From an uncultured delta proteobacterium (GTDB taxonomy: Bacteria > Myxococcota > Myxococcia > Myxococcales > Myxococcaceae): DNA of 64,000 nt. Location of the stretch: contig CAVZMH010000016.1 in the NCBI GenBank assembly GCA_963776345.1, forward strand, positions 224,001 through 288,000, read 5' to 3'. The notes below the pieces were generated by a model that worked only from the letters and a program-made list of their open reading frames with translations, was not told where the DNA came from and ran no database searches. The first letter of the stretch is position 1. Every line of letters starts with the position of its first letter. Both the position numbers and the translations under genes were made by a program. Shown here one piece after another: positions 38,935-48,483 of this stretch.

Positions 38935-39093
38935 CGACTCCAGCCACGGCCCTATTTTGCGACGCTGACGGCCGCCGACGTCTCGAATCGTACCGCGCCG
39001 GCTGTGGGTCACGGTGGTACAGCGGTTTCGACACCAGCGCTCGATTCCGCCGGCCTGTTCAGAGGCCTCGGAACATGCTTGTAACCTGGGCCC

Positions 39094-40770
39094 ATGGGAG
39101 CTCGTTTCTCGACCGCGCTGTTGCTGCTCTCGCTCGCGGGTTGCACCGGATCGATCACTGGCCCTCAGGCGCCAGCATCATCACCCTCGACATCACCGTC
39201 GACGCCACCGACGCAGACGCCGAGCGGCCGCTACGTGTGCAACGACAAGATTCACCCCGCGGTGACCCAGGCCCGGCGGCTGACCGAGGTGGAGTACCAG
39301 AACGCCATCTCGGACGTGTTCGACGGCCGCCTGGCTCCCAGTACCAAGTACCCGGGCTCGGCGGGCAAGTCGGTCACGGGCTTCTCGACCGAGGCGGTCT
39401 TCAACGACATCGGAGCAAGCGGAGCCGAGCAACTGATGTTCGCGGCCGAGGACGTGGCGCTGCAGTTGCCCGCGGCGCTGGCCCAGATGACTCCCTGTGC
39501 AACGTCGGCTCCCAATGAAGCCTGCGCGAACACCTTCCTCGATACCTACGGCACCCGGGCCTACCGGCGGCCGCTGTCGACCGCCGAGCGCACCGAGCTG
39601 CTGGACGAATACCGGGCCGGAGTGGCCTCGGGTGCCAGCTTCACCGAGTCGATGGCCATGCTGGTGGACCACCTGCTGCAGATGCCGCAGTTCCTGTACC
39701 TGGCCGAAGGCGCGGCCGGCGCGGACCGGCCGCTCAATGGCTACGAGCTGGCCAGCCGGCTGTCGTTCATGCTGACGGATTCGATCCCCGACGATGCGCT
39801 GCTGGCGGCCGCGCCCGGCCTGACCGACCCGGCGACGCTCACCGCGCAGGCCACCCGGCTGCTGGCTTCGACCAAGGCCAACACCAACATCGCTCGCTTC
39901 TTCCGGGAGTGGACGGGCACCGTCCAGGTGTCGGCGGCCGACAAGAACCCGACCGCCTTCCCCTTCTTCAACGACGCGTATGCCCAGTCGATGAACGACT
40001 CGTTCGATCGGTTCGTGATCGACCAGCTTCGCAACCAGGGCACCTTGCGCACGCTGTTGCGCAGCACCGACGCCTTCGTCGACCCCACGATGGCCTCGTT
40101 CTTCGGGGTGACCGCTCCGCCCCAGGGCCAGTGGGCCAAGGTCTCGCTCGACCGCCAGCGCTACTCCGGAGTGGTGACGCAGCCGGCGATGCTGGCCTCG
40201 CTGGCTCACGAGAGCGAGACGTCGTTCGTCTTTCGCGGCCGCTTCATTCGCAAGCACCTCCTGTGCGAGAACCTGGGGGCTCCGCCGGCCGACGCGCAGT
40301 CGGTCTTTGGCTCGCTGCCCCTGCCGCCCAACCCCACCGGCAAGGACATCTCGGCGGTGGTGGTGGCGCGCGCCGAATGTTCAGGGTGCCACTCACTGAT
40401 GAACCCGGCCGGGCTGGCGTTCGAACAGTTCGACGCGGTGGGCCGGTACCGCACCACCTACGGCAGTGGCAAGACCATCGACCCGTCGGGCATCCTGCCC
40501 AACGTCGGGGCGAAGCCGGGGGTGGCCGGGCACGATCTGACGTTTGCCGACCAGACCGCGATGATGGAGCAGCTGGCGAACGAGCCCCAGGTCTCCGTCT
40601 GCATGGCGACCCAGGTGTTTCGCTTCACCGTCTCACGAATGGACACGCCGGCCGACGCCTGCGCGATTCAAGCCATCGGCGATGCGCTCACCGCATCGGG
40701 TGGCACGCTCAGCCAGGCGATCATGACGATGACTGCCACCGACGCGTTCACCCACCGGAGTGACCTGTGA
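39094..40770 (+). CDS. DUF1592/DUF1588/DUF1595 multidomain lipoprotein with CxxCH motif
   Basis: Lipobox LAGC, RRLTEVEYQNAI, RAYRRPL, YELASRLSF, RGRFIRKHLLC, CSGCH..MNPAG.AFEQFDAVG. Confidence 0.88.
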   Translation: MGARFSTALLLLSLAGCTGSITGPQAPASSPSTSPSTPPTQTPSGRYVCNDKIHPAVTQARRLTEVEYQNAISDVFDGRLAPSTKYPGSAGKSVTGFSTEAVFNDIGASGAEQLMFAAEDVALQLPAALAQMTPCATSAPNEACANTFLDTYGTRAYRRPLSTAERTELLDEYRAGVASGASFTESMAMLVDHLLQMPQFLYLAEGAAGADRPLNGYELASRLSFMLTDSIPDDALLAAAPGLTDPATLTAQATRLLASTKANTNIARFFREWTGTVQVSAADKNPTAFPFFNDAYAQSMNDSFDRFVIDQLRNQGTLRTLLRSTDAFVDPTMASFFGVTAPPQGQWAKVSLDRQRYSGVVTQPAMLASLAHESETSFVFRGRFIRKHLLCENLGAPPADAQSVFGSLPLPPNPTGKDISAVVVARAECSGCHSLMNPAGLAFEQFDAVGRYRTTYGSGKTIDPSGILPNVGAKPGVAGHDLTFADQTAMMEQLANEPQVSVCMATQVFRFTVSRMDTPADACAIQAIGDALTASGGTLSQAIMTMTATDAFTHRSDL

Positions 40771-42272
40771 GCCAGCGAATCGATCGCCGCCGCTTCCTGA
40801 TCGGCTCGGGTGGCTCGCTCCTGGTCCTGCCGATGCTCGAGGCCCTGGCGCCGCGCATCGCGTTTGCCCAGACCGCGGCACCTCCCAAGCGCCTGGTGGT
40901 GGTGTTCCACCCCCACGGCCGCGTGGTGGGGCCGGGCAGCAAAGAGAACTGGTCGCCGCGGACCACCACCGGCCCGCTGCCGCCCGTGGGGACGGCGCCC
41001 AGCGTCGCGCTGGCGGCCCTGGCGCCGATCAGCAACGAGATCGTCACGCTGTCGAACATCGACAACGTCGTGCGGCACACCTCGGGCGACGCCGACGGCC
41101 ACGCCAGCGCCAGCGCCACCTGCATGACGTGTGTGGTGCCAAACGGAGGCAACGCGAAGGGGCCGTCGCTCGACTACGTGGCGGGCCTGCGGCTGCGCTC
41201 GAGCGCGGCCCAGAAGATGGCCATCGTCATCCCTGCGCAGGCGGCGCCCTTCGACAACTCGGTCACCGAGAACAACGTGTTCCTGGGACCCAACGGCACG
41301 CCAGGCAACTACCAGACCATCGACCCGGTGCAGCTGATTCGCGACCTCTTCGCCTCGGTGCAGGTTGGCGCGCCGCCACCACCGCCGCCGACGCCCACCT
41401 TGCAGGACCGCCTCACCGCTCGGCGCGGCAGCATCCTCGACGCCGTCGCCAAGGGCTTCTCCAGCTTTCGCGCCAGCCTGAATTCAGCGGACCAGGCGCG
41501 ACTGGACCAGCACGCTCAATTCATTCGCGACACCGAGCTGCGCTACCCAGCGGTGCCCCCCACCACGCCGCCTGCCCCGCTCAGTTGTTCGCCTCCGGCG
41601 ACGAGCTCGGTGCCGAACTACAACTGGCCCAACTTTCGAAAGGGCGAGCACGACGACGTCTTCGCGCAGACCCAGATCGAGAGCCTGGTGCAGGCGCTGG
41701 CCTGCGATGTCACCCGCACCGCCAGCTTGAACTTCTGGGCCCAGTTCGACCCCGGCTTCGTCACCGAGTTCGCGCCGGCGACCAGCCCGTACATTGGCGG
41801 CAACTGGCACGCCAGCGTTCACGGCGACGGCAGCCCCAATGACCCCAGCCCCGCCAGCCTCACCAAGGGCTTCGGCTTCTACGCCAAGTACTACACCAAG
41901 CTGATCCAGCGCCTGGCCGCCGTTCAGGACATCGATGGCAGCCGGCTGCTCGACAACACCCTGGTGGTGTGGGTGAGCGACCTGGGCTACGGCTCGGGGC
42001 ACTACTGCTACAACTACCCGGTGGTGCTGGCGGGCATGAAGAGCGCCTTCCCGAAGGGGCAGGGCCGGCACGTGGTGGGCCAGGTCAACTCGCTGGGCGA
42101 CCTTTACGCCCAGGTGCTGCGCATGCTCGGCGGCTCCGACACCACCTTCGGCTCGACCGGCACCGTGGCCAGCGCCGCGGGCTCGACCAGCATCAACCTC
42201 ATGGCGCAGCTGGGCCGGCCGGGGCTGATCAACAAGGACACGCCGCTGCACTTCGGCCCGCTCGACCTGTAG
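40767..42272 (+). CDS. DUF1552-family Tat-exported protein
   Basis: IDRRRFL..., LPMLE, PKRLVV..HPHG, ALACDVTR, LLDNTLVVWVSD. Confidence 0.88.
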   Translation: MSQRIDRRRFLIGSGGSLLVLPMLEALAPRIAFAQTAAPPKRLVVVFHPHGRVVGPGSKENWSPRTTTGPLPPVGTAPSVALAALAPISNEIVTLSNIDNVVRHTSGDADGHASASATCMTCVVPNGGNAKGPSLDYVAGLRLRSSAAQKMAIVIPAQAAPFDNSVTENNVFLGPNGTPGNYQTIDPVQLIRDLFASVQVGAPPPPPPTPTLQDRLTARRGSILDAVAKGFSSFRASLNSADQARLDQHAQFIRDTELRYPAVPPTTPPAPLSCSPPATSSVPNYNWPNFRKGEHDDVFAQTQIESLVQALACDVTRTASLNFWAQFDPGFVTEFAPATSPYIGGNWHASVHGDGSPNDPSPASLTKGFGFYAKYYTKLIQRLAAVQDIDGSRLLDNTLVVWVSDLGYGSGHYCYNYPVVLAGMKSAFPKGQGRHVVGQVNSLGDLYAQVLRMLGGSDTTFGSTGTVASAAGSTSINLMAQLGRPGLINKDTPLHFGPLDL

Positions 42273-42311
42273 CGGTTCTCGGGGCGCCTTCAGCGCCCGC
42301 CGTCGCTTTCA

Positions 42312-42342
42312 ACCACACCCCGAACGGCCCGGAGGGTGTGGT
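42312..42342 (+). terminator. Stem-loop after the DUF1552 gene
   Basis: ACCACACCC...GGGTGTGGT 9-bp inverted repeat; weak U tract. Confidence 0.4.
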
Positions 42343-42623
42343 GTTCTCCCGGTGGACCTCGACGTGCCGTTTCCGGCATGCACCGCGACGGTCCCGATGC
42401 TCTTCTACGCCGGGGGCGGACCCAGCGGCCGGGTCCGCGCCGTGCGGCGCCCCCGCCGCCGCTCAGGGCGCCAGCCGCATCAGCAGCAGCATCCGGGGCA
42501 ACGGACGACCCAGTCAATGCTGGTCGGCTGGCGACGCGCGCACTTGCCATGTGCATTGATTGGATCTGATCTCCCGCCCGAGCACGCGAGCTGCTGCCGC
42601 GTCGTCGAAACTGGGAGGCGTCC

Positions 42624-44756
42624 ATGTCCGCTCTTGGCTGGGGCCGAGCCGTCGTCGTGCTCGCAGTGGCTTCGTTGGCCGGCTGCAACTCCGGGACGGC
42701 TCCTCAGGGACCCTCAGGGCCACAGGGCCTGAGCGGCGCGACCGCTCCACAGGCTCCGACGGCGGGACCTGCATCACCGACGTGCCCTGGCCCTACCATC
42801 TGCGGGAAGTCTTGTACCCTCGACGCCTTCGGGACTCCCATCTACTGCTCGAATGGGCAATGCGTCTGCCCGCCCGGATACGACACGGAGCCCGGGCCGC
42901 CACTGTCGTGCCAGCCCCGTCGACCCGAGTTCATGGGCTCGTCATCCGATGTCGCGGCTTGCCCGGGCAGCTGCACGACCACACCCTGGGGGATCGCCGG
43001 CGCCATCTTGAACCCATTCGACCTGGTTGCCGTGCATGGAACCGCCCCGGGCGGAGAGGCGTTCATGCCGGTGTGGGGCTATCAGGCGAACGTCTGCGGA
43101 GTTCATGGACTGCCGACGACGGATGCCGATGGAACTTCGATCCGAAGCTGGGCGACGTGCACCCCGAACCCACACGATCTCTGCTTTGGCGTCCAGGACT
43201 CGGACGAGGCGGACTTCGATCCGCCGTCGTGCAATGCCACCGAGGGGTGCGGCGACACCTTCTGCACCTCTGACTTCACGAGCGCGTGGCCCTACCTGGA
43301 CAACAATGCCAAGTGCACGGCTGGCAGCGGCACGTTCATCGACGGGTTCACCGATCCCTCGAGAATCGACTTCGTGAACAACGTCAGCGTCTACCGGGCT
43401 CCGATCGTGTGGGAGACCAAGAGCGACGAGGGCCTGGATGACGACTACACGATGAACATGCACTCCTCGGGAGGGGAGCTCTACGACACCCAGCACGCCG
43501 ATGCCCGGGTGCATATCGAGTTCGACTCGGACGAGACGATCGATCACTTCACCGATGACTCCTTCGGCGCGGCGAACCAGTGGTGGAGGGCACTGCGCGC
43601 GGTGGTGGACTCCCGGGATGACGAGCAGCGGGATCGCGACGTCCGGTGCTTCATGAGGGCCTTCGTCAACCCTACCCTGACCTGTCCCCAGCCCGATGGC
43701 GTGGAGCCGCCCGGACACGACCCGGTGGCGGTCGTCGTCGGCATCCCGGGCATCGATTGCGCCGACCACCCTGACGCCAACACATCCGAGATCCATCCCG
43801 CGTATGCAGTGGCGATCCGGATCCAGGAGGACCCGAGCAAGCCCGAGCAATGGGCCTTCTTCTACCGGAGGCGCGGCAACAACGGCGGTTGCGGGAGCAA
43901 GAGCTATGGGCGCTGCAGCACGACGTTCCAGTTGCCGCTCTCGTTCCCCGCAGTTCCCTCCGGGAAGGTCCTCAAGTCCGCGGAGGTCCATGTGGCCGCC
44001 CACCCGTGGGCGGTCGACGACTCGCCCGGTCCGGGTGTCACGGTCGACGGCCACTTCGACCTGGCCAACGGGACCGTTCTCACCATCGACCTGCCCGGGG
44101 AGGACGAAGGCGTGGTCGGGCTGGTCACCGTGACGCCCGTCGTCGACACCACGCCACCGCAGATCGCCTGCCCCGCGAACATCACCACGCCGCAAGACCC
44201 GGGGACGTGCACGGCGGTGACGACGTTCTCGCCGACGTTCTCGGACGATTGTTCCGCGAGCATGGTCTGTGACCCGCCGTCAGGTACGGCCTTCCCGCTC
44301 GGGACCACGACGGACACCTGCACGGTGACGGACCAGGGGGGGCTCTCGGCGAGTTGCAGCTTCACCGTGACCGTGACCGACACCGTGCCACCGGTGATCG
44401 TCTCGATCGTGGCCAGTCCCGGCACTCTCTGGCCGCCGAATCACAAGCTCGTGCCCGTCTCGATCACCGCCTCCGCGACCGACAACTGCGACCCGTCGCC
44501 GAACTGCAGGATCGTCTCGGTGACCGCCAACGAGCCCGTTCTGGGCCCCGGCAGCGGCAACACCGACCCTGACTGGATCATCACCGATCCCGGGCCGAAG
44601 GTGAGTCCAGCGATGCTGGGCGTCGAGCTGCGCGCCGAGCGTGCGGGGGGTGGCACCGGACGGGTCTATACGATCGACACCACCTGCGCCGACGCGTCGG
44701 GCAACACCACCGCCGGCGCCACGACGGTGACCGTCGCTCACGACCAGGGTCATTGA
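42624..44756 (+). CDS. Cys-rich exported lipoprotein with HYR domain
   Basis: Lipobox LAGC, GPxGPx, EGF-like Cys cluster, DTTPPQIACP..PSGTAFPLGTTT..CSFTVTV, C-terminal LWPPNHKL domain. Confidence 0.8.
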   Translation: MSALGWGRAVVVLAVASLAGCNSGTAPQGPSGPQGLSGATAPQAPTAGPASPTCPGPTICGKSCTLDAFGTPIYCSNGQCVCPPGYDTEPGPPLSCQPRRPEFMGSSSDVAACPGSCTTTPWGIAGAILNPFDLVAVHGTAPGGEAFMPVWGYQANVCGVHGLPTTDADGTSIRSWATCTPNPHDLCFGVQDSDEADFDPPSCNATEGCGDTFCTSDFTSAWPYLDNNAKCTAGSGTFIDGFTDPSRIDFVNNVSVYRAPIVWETKSDEGLDDDYTMNMHSSGGELYDTQHADARVHIEFDSDETIDHFTDDSFGAANQWWRALRAVVDSRDDEQRDRDVRCFMRAFVNPTLTCPQPDGVEPPGHDPVAVVVGIPGIDCADHPDANTSEIHPAYAVAIRIQEDPSKPEQWAFFYRRRGNNGGCGSKSYGRCSTTFQLPLSFPAVPSGKVLKSAEVHVAAHPWAVDDSPGPGVTVDGHFDLANGTVLTIDLPGEDEGVVGLVTVTPVVDTTPPQIACPANITTPQDPGTCTAVTTFSPTFSDDCSASMVCDPPSGTAFPLGTTTDTCTVTDQGGLSASCSFTVTVTDTVPPVIVSIVASPGTLWPPNHKLVPVSITASATDNCDPSPNCRIVSVTANEPVLGPGSGNTDPDWIITDPGPKVSPAMLGVELRAERAGGGTGRVYTIDTTCADASGNTTAGATTVTVAHDQGH

Positions 44757-44819
44757 CGTCGGCGCCGGCTTACCCTGGTGTGCGGCTTCGTCGTTGAACG
44801 TTGGACCGCCGCCCTCGCC

Positions 44820-46772
44820 TCAGAAGTAGTAGCGCGCGTCGAAGTGGACGCGGAGGTAGATCTGCCACCCGGTGGCCAGGGTGGGCGTGGGACCGGTGGC
44901 CGCCGGCAGGGCGAGCTTGGAGACGTAGCGGGCCTGGTTCGGGAACTCGACGCCCCAGCCCAGCTGGACGGCGAAGGTGAGCGCCTGGTTCGTGGCGAAC
45001 TCGCGCAGGGGCCGGTACTCGAAGGTGGGAAAATCGAACGACAGGACGCGGTAGGAGAGAAAGATCAGGTCGCTCTGGTAGGGCACCGTGGCGCCCGGGG
45101 CGGCAAGTCCCACCGCCTCGACCGGGGTTCCGAAGTAGCCGAACAGCGTCACCCCCACCTCGCGTCCGAGCAGGAACTGGAACGCGCCGAAGCGGGTGAT
45201 GAACGCCTGCTGCCAGGGGAGCAGCCCGCCGCTCGCAGCGACGATGCCCATGTTCACCATGGCGTCCGGTGCTGCCCAGCTGAGGATCGGGGCCGCGAGG
45301 AGCAGATCGAAGGGGATGAGGTAGAACGGGACGCGCAACCGGAAGGTGAGGCCCGACCGGCCGGGCACCACCGCGGCGCCAGCCTCCGCGAGGGCTGGCT
45401 GCGCCCCGCCGTACTGGGCCGTGTCGTAGGTGAATCCGACACCGAGAAAGGCCTGGCCCGCGCCCGTGGAGGCGGTGAGCGCCTCCAGGCCGAGGCCCAC
45501 GCGAAACTCGATCTCCGCGCCGCCCCACCACCGGGCGCTGGCGCCGCTGGACTGGAATCCGCCGAACTCCAACCCGCCGGTGAGGTCCCCGGAGAAGCCG
45601 ACGAAGGGGCCGATCTCCTGCCGGAAGTGCGGCAGGTGGACGTCGTCCTCGGCCCGGCCCGGCATCGGGGTCTCCCTGGCCACCTCCAGCGCCACCGCCG
45701 CGGTCTCGGCCGTCACGGTCTCCGTCGCCTGCAGGGTGGCGGTGCACGAGTTGTAGACCGTCGCTTCGCTGGCGGCGGTGGCGGCGACGGCGGTCGCGGC
45801 CTTGGCGGAGGGCGTTCGCTCCCGTGTGGCGTCGAAGATCTGTCCGAGGCTCATCGCCACCACCCGCGCGGTCCGCCTCAGGTCCGCGGGGCGCATGTAC
45901 CCGTCACCGAGCAGGGTGAAACGGGTTCCGTTCCAGGCCGAGGTGTCGAGCCCGAACTCCGAATAGTAGTCGTGTGTCCCCTTCCGCTCGGCGACGCTGC
46001 CCCAGCTGCCGGCCACATGGCCGGCGGCGAAGGAGTCCTCGAGGAAATGGAGGGCGAACGCCTCGGTGGCCAGCACCTTGCGCGCCAGCTCCGCGCGCGC
46101 CGCGGGGTCGGTGGCCGCCGCCCACTGGCGTACCAGCCCGAGCGCGCCGAGGTGGTAGTAGAGGTAGAGGCCGAGCGCATTGGGCTCGGCATGGGCTCCG
46201 AGTGTCCGGGTGAGGTAATCCCTCGGGTCGTCCGAGGTCCGGGTGGTGAGGAAGTGCCCGTTGTTGGCTCCGGCGCGCGTCGTGTACTCACGGTCCACGA
46301 ACTGGAGCTTGAGGTTGTTGAGCGCCGCCGCGTTCTGCTTCGCTTCGCGGGAGGTGGCGTTGTCCAGCCCGACCTTCGTCTCGGCGCTCACCCGGGCCAC
46401 CTTCAGGATCCAGTCGCTGGGAAGCGTGGTGGCCACCAGCTGGTCCGGCGAGCACGAGTGGTCCCCGGCGATGCCAGCCCAGGCAGCCAGGTCGATGCAG
46501 ACCGGGACTGAACGGCCGTCCCCGTCGACCATGGTCGCGCAGTAGCGGGACTCGCGACCGCTGCGTGCGTCCGCCCAGAGCGCGGCGAAGAGCTGCTGCT
46601 GGTCGGCGGGCAGGTCCTTGAGGGCCTCGGCGAGGATGTCGCGGTGCTCGGGGTAGATCCACGCGCCCGCGGGCCCGGGGAGCAGGGCCACCGCCAGCCC
46701 GAACGTCAAGGCGATTCGTGTCCAGCTCGGCCGGCACGCACTGAGGAGGCGTTGTGGAGGCCGAGCGCTCAC
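44820..46772 (-). CDS. Zn-dependent phospholipase C/S1-P1-like domain fused to a C-terminal beta-rich (barrel-like) region
   Basis: Signal ends AGA|WIYPEH; ALHFLEDSFAAGH, THDYY; C-terminal YLRVHFDARYYF. Start codon uncertain. Confidence 0.65.
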   Translation of the reverse strand: MSARPPQRLLSACRPSWTRIALTFGLAVALLPGPAGAWIYPEHRDILAEALKDLPADQQQLFAALWADARSGRESRYCATMVDGDGRSVPVCIDLAAWAGIAGDHSCSPDQLVATTLPSDWILKVARVSAETKVGLDNATSREAKQNAAALNNLKLQFVDREYTTRAGANNGHFLTTRTSDDPRDYLTRTLGAHAEPNALGLYLYYHLGALGLVRQWAAATDPAARAELARKVLATEAFALHFLEDSFAAGHVAGSWGSVAERKGTHDYYSEFGLDTSAWNGTRFTLLGDGYMRPADLRRTARVVAMSLGQIFDATRERTPSAKAATAVAATAASEATVYNSCTATLQATETVTAETAAVALEVARETPMPGRAEDDVHLPHFRQEIGPFVGFSGDLTGGLEFGGFQSSGASARWWGGAEIEFRVGLGLEALTASTGAGQAFLGVGFTYDTAQYGGAQPALAEAGAAVVPGRSGLTFRLRVPFYLIPFDLLLAAPILSWAAPDAMVNMGIVAASGGLLPWQQAFITRFGAFQFLLGREVGVTLFGYFGTPVEAVGLAAPGATVPYQSDLIFLSYRVLSFDFPTFEYRPLREFATNQALTFAVQLGWGVEFPNQARYVSKLALPAATGPTPTLATGWQIYLRVHFDARYYF

Positions 46773-46960
46773 CTGCGGCGAACCAGAACATTGGCACCAC
46801 GCACCACGCAAGGACGTCGAGGCGCAAGCACCCGCCGCGAGCGGGACGACGCATCGCGGAAGGCGCGGGCACCATCCAGCTCGCGCCTGAGGACGAAGCG
46901 GGCCACAGAAGCACGCCGGCCCTTGTCTGAATCGGGAAAGCGGGAGGCGCGCTCGATGGG

Positions 46961-48421
46961 TCAGGGTTTGGTGGTCTCGAGTGGCTGGCGCGCGGTCGCG
47001 CGGTCCTGCTGCGCCGCCGCGACCAGCCGGTAGGCAACGTAGTACTTGAAGATGTTGGAGACGTAGGTGACGGTCTCCTGGCCGATCCGGTCGGCCGCCA
47101 CGTACTCCACGTTCTTGAACCAGCGGTTGGGGTCCAGCCCGCGCCTGGCAGCTTCCCTTCGCAGCGACTGGATGCGATTCGGACCGGCGTTGTACGAGGC
47201 AAAGGCGAAGAGCGCCTTCACCAGCGGGTCGAGCCCCGGTTCGTCGAAGTAGCTGTCCTCCACGTGGCGGAGGTACTTCACGCCGCCGTGGATGTTCGGC
47301 TCCAGCTCCCGGATGTCGCCGACCTTCATCTGCGCGCCCGTCGCCGGCATGAGCTGCATGACGCCGACGGCACCGACGTGGCTCGTGGCGCCCTGGTCGA
47401 GCCGGGACTCCTGGTACGCCTGCGCCATCACCAGGAGATAGTCGACGTCGTACTTCTGCCCGTACTTCCGGAAGAGCTCGACCGTCTGCTCGAACTTCCG
47501 GAGCTCCCTTCCCGAGGTGGCGGGGAGCACCGAGGAAGGGTTTCCCTGGTAGCGCCGGAACAGCGTGTTCCCGAACGAAGTTCCCTTCCGGTGCCTCCGG
47601 ATGAACGAGTCCGTGACCGCCTTCAGCTGCGGGCTGTCCTTCCGGATCATCCACGCGGCTGCTCCGCCGCTGATCACCGAAACCGACGGGTCGAACGACA
47701 ACTGGGTGTAGAGCCGTTTCCAGAAGGTTGCATGGAAGTCGTCGCAGATCGTGGTGGGGATGAGACCGGCGTTCACCATCTCCAGCACGTCCTCGTCCTC
47801 CAGCTCCTCGGGGACTGGAACCAGCTTCACCGGCTGCTTGCCTTGCTCGACCAGCCGGCGGTTGAGCGCCTCGAGGTGCTCCCGGTAGCTCGACGACTGC
47901 CGGACGTGGACCTCCTGTCCGGACAGCTGGTCCACGCTCGAGATCGTCGGCCCGGACGGTCCGGTGACCACCAGCTCGCTGACGTCCTCGAGCACGGGGA
48001 GGGTGAAGTCCACCAGCTGGCTGCGCTCCGGAGTGATGAGGAGGTTGGCGGCAGCGATGTCACCCCGTCCTTCCAGCAGCGCGGGGATGAGCTGGTCTCG
48101 CGTCACCGGGATGAACACCACGTGAAACCGGAGCGCCTTCTTCTTGAGGCGGCTGTTCACGTCATCCTCGAACGCCTGAAGCCCCTCGTATGTCGCGCCG
48201 CGCTGCCTTCCCCGATCCACGAAGAAGAGGGTCCGGCTGTAGACGACCAGCGCCCGCAGCACCCCGCGCCGCTGGATCTCCTCCCAGTCACCCTTGACGG
48301 GCGCGAGCAACACCTGCTTGGCGGAGTCCCCCCTGGGGGGCGCGGGGGAGTCGGTCTGGGCCGTAGCTAGCTTCCCGGCCAGCAGGACGGCGAGGACTCC
48401 GGCGCGAGACGCGCGGCCCAT
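46961..48421 (-). CDS. MltF-like lytic transglycosylase (SBP family 3 plus SLT domain)
   Basis: GRGDIAAANL, AYQESRL, GAVGVMQLMPAT, ASYNAGP, ETVTYV. Confidence 0.9.
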   Translation of the reverse strand: MGRASRAGVLAVLLAGKLATAQTDSPAPPRGDSAKQVLLAPVKGDWEEIQRRGVLRALVVYSRTLFFVDRGRQRGATYEGLQAFEDDVNSRLKKKALRFHVVFIPVTRDQLIPALLEGRGDIAAANLLITPERSQLVDFTLPVLEDVSELVVTGPSGPTISSVDQLSGQEVHVRQSSSYREHLEALNRRLVEQGKQPVKLVPVPEELEDEDVLEMVNAGLIPTTICDDFHATFWKRLYTQLSFDPSVSVISGGAAAWMIRKDSPQLKAVTDSFIRRHRKGTSFGNTLFRRYQGNPSSVLPATSGRELRKFEQTVELFRKYGQKYDVDYLLVMAQAYQESRLDQGATSHVGAVGVMQLMPATGAQMKVGDIRELEPNIHGGVKYLRHVEDSYFDEPGLDPLVKALFAFASYNAGPNRIQSLRREAARRGLDPNRWFKNVEYVAADRIGQETVTYVSNIFKYYVAYRLVAAAQQDRATARQPLETTKP

Positions 48422-48483
48422 GGCCCTCCCATACCACGCATCCAGGTGGCACTCCCCGCGGCGAGCGCTAGTCTGGGCCTCCG

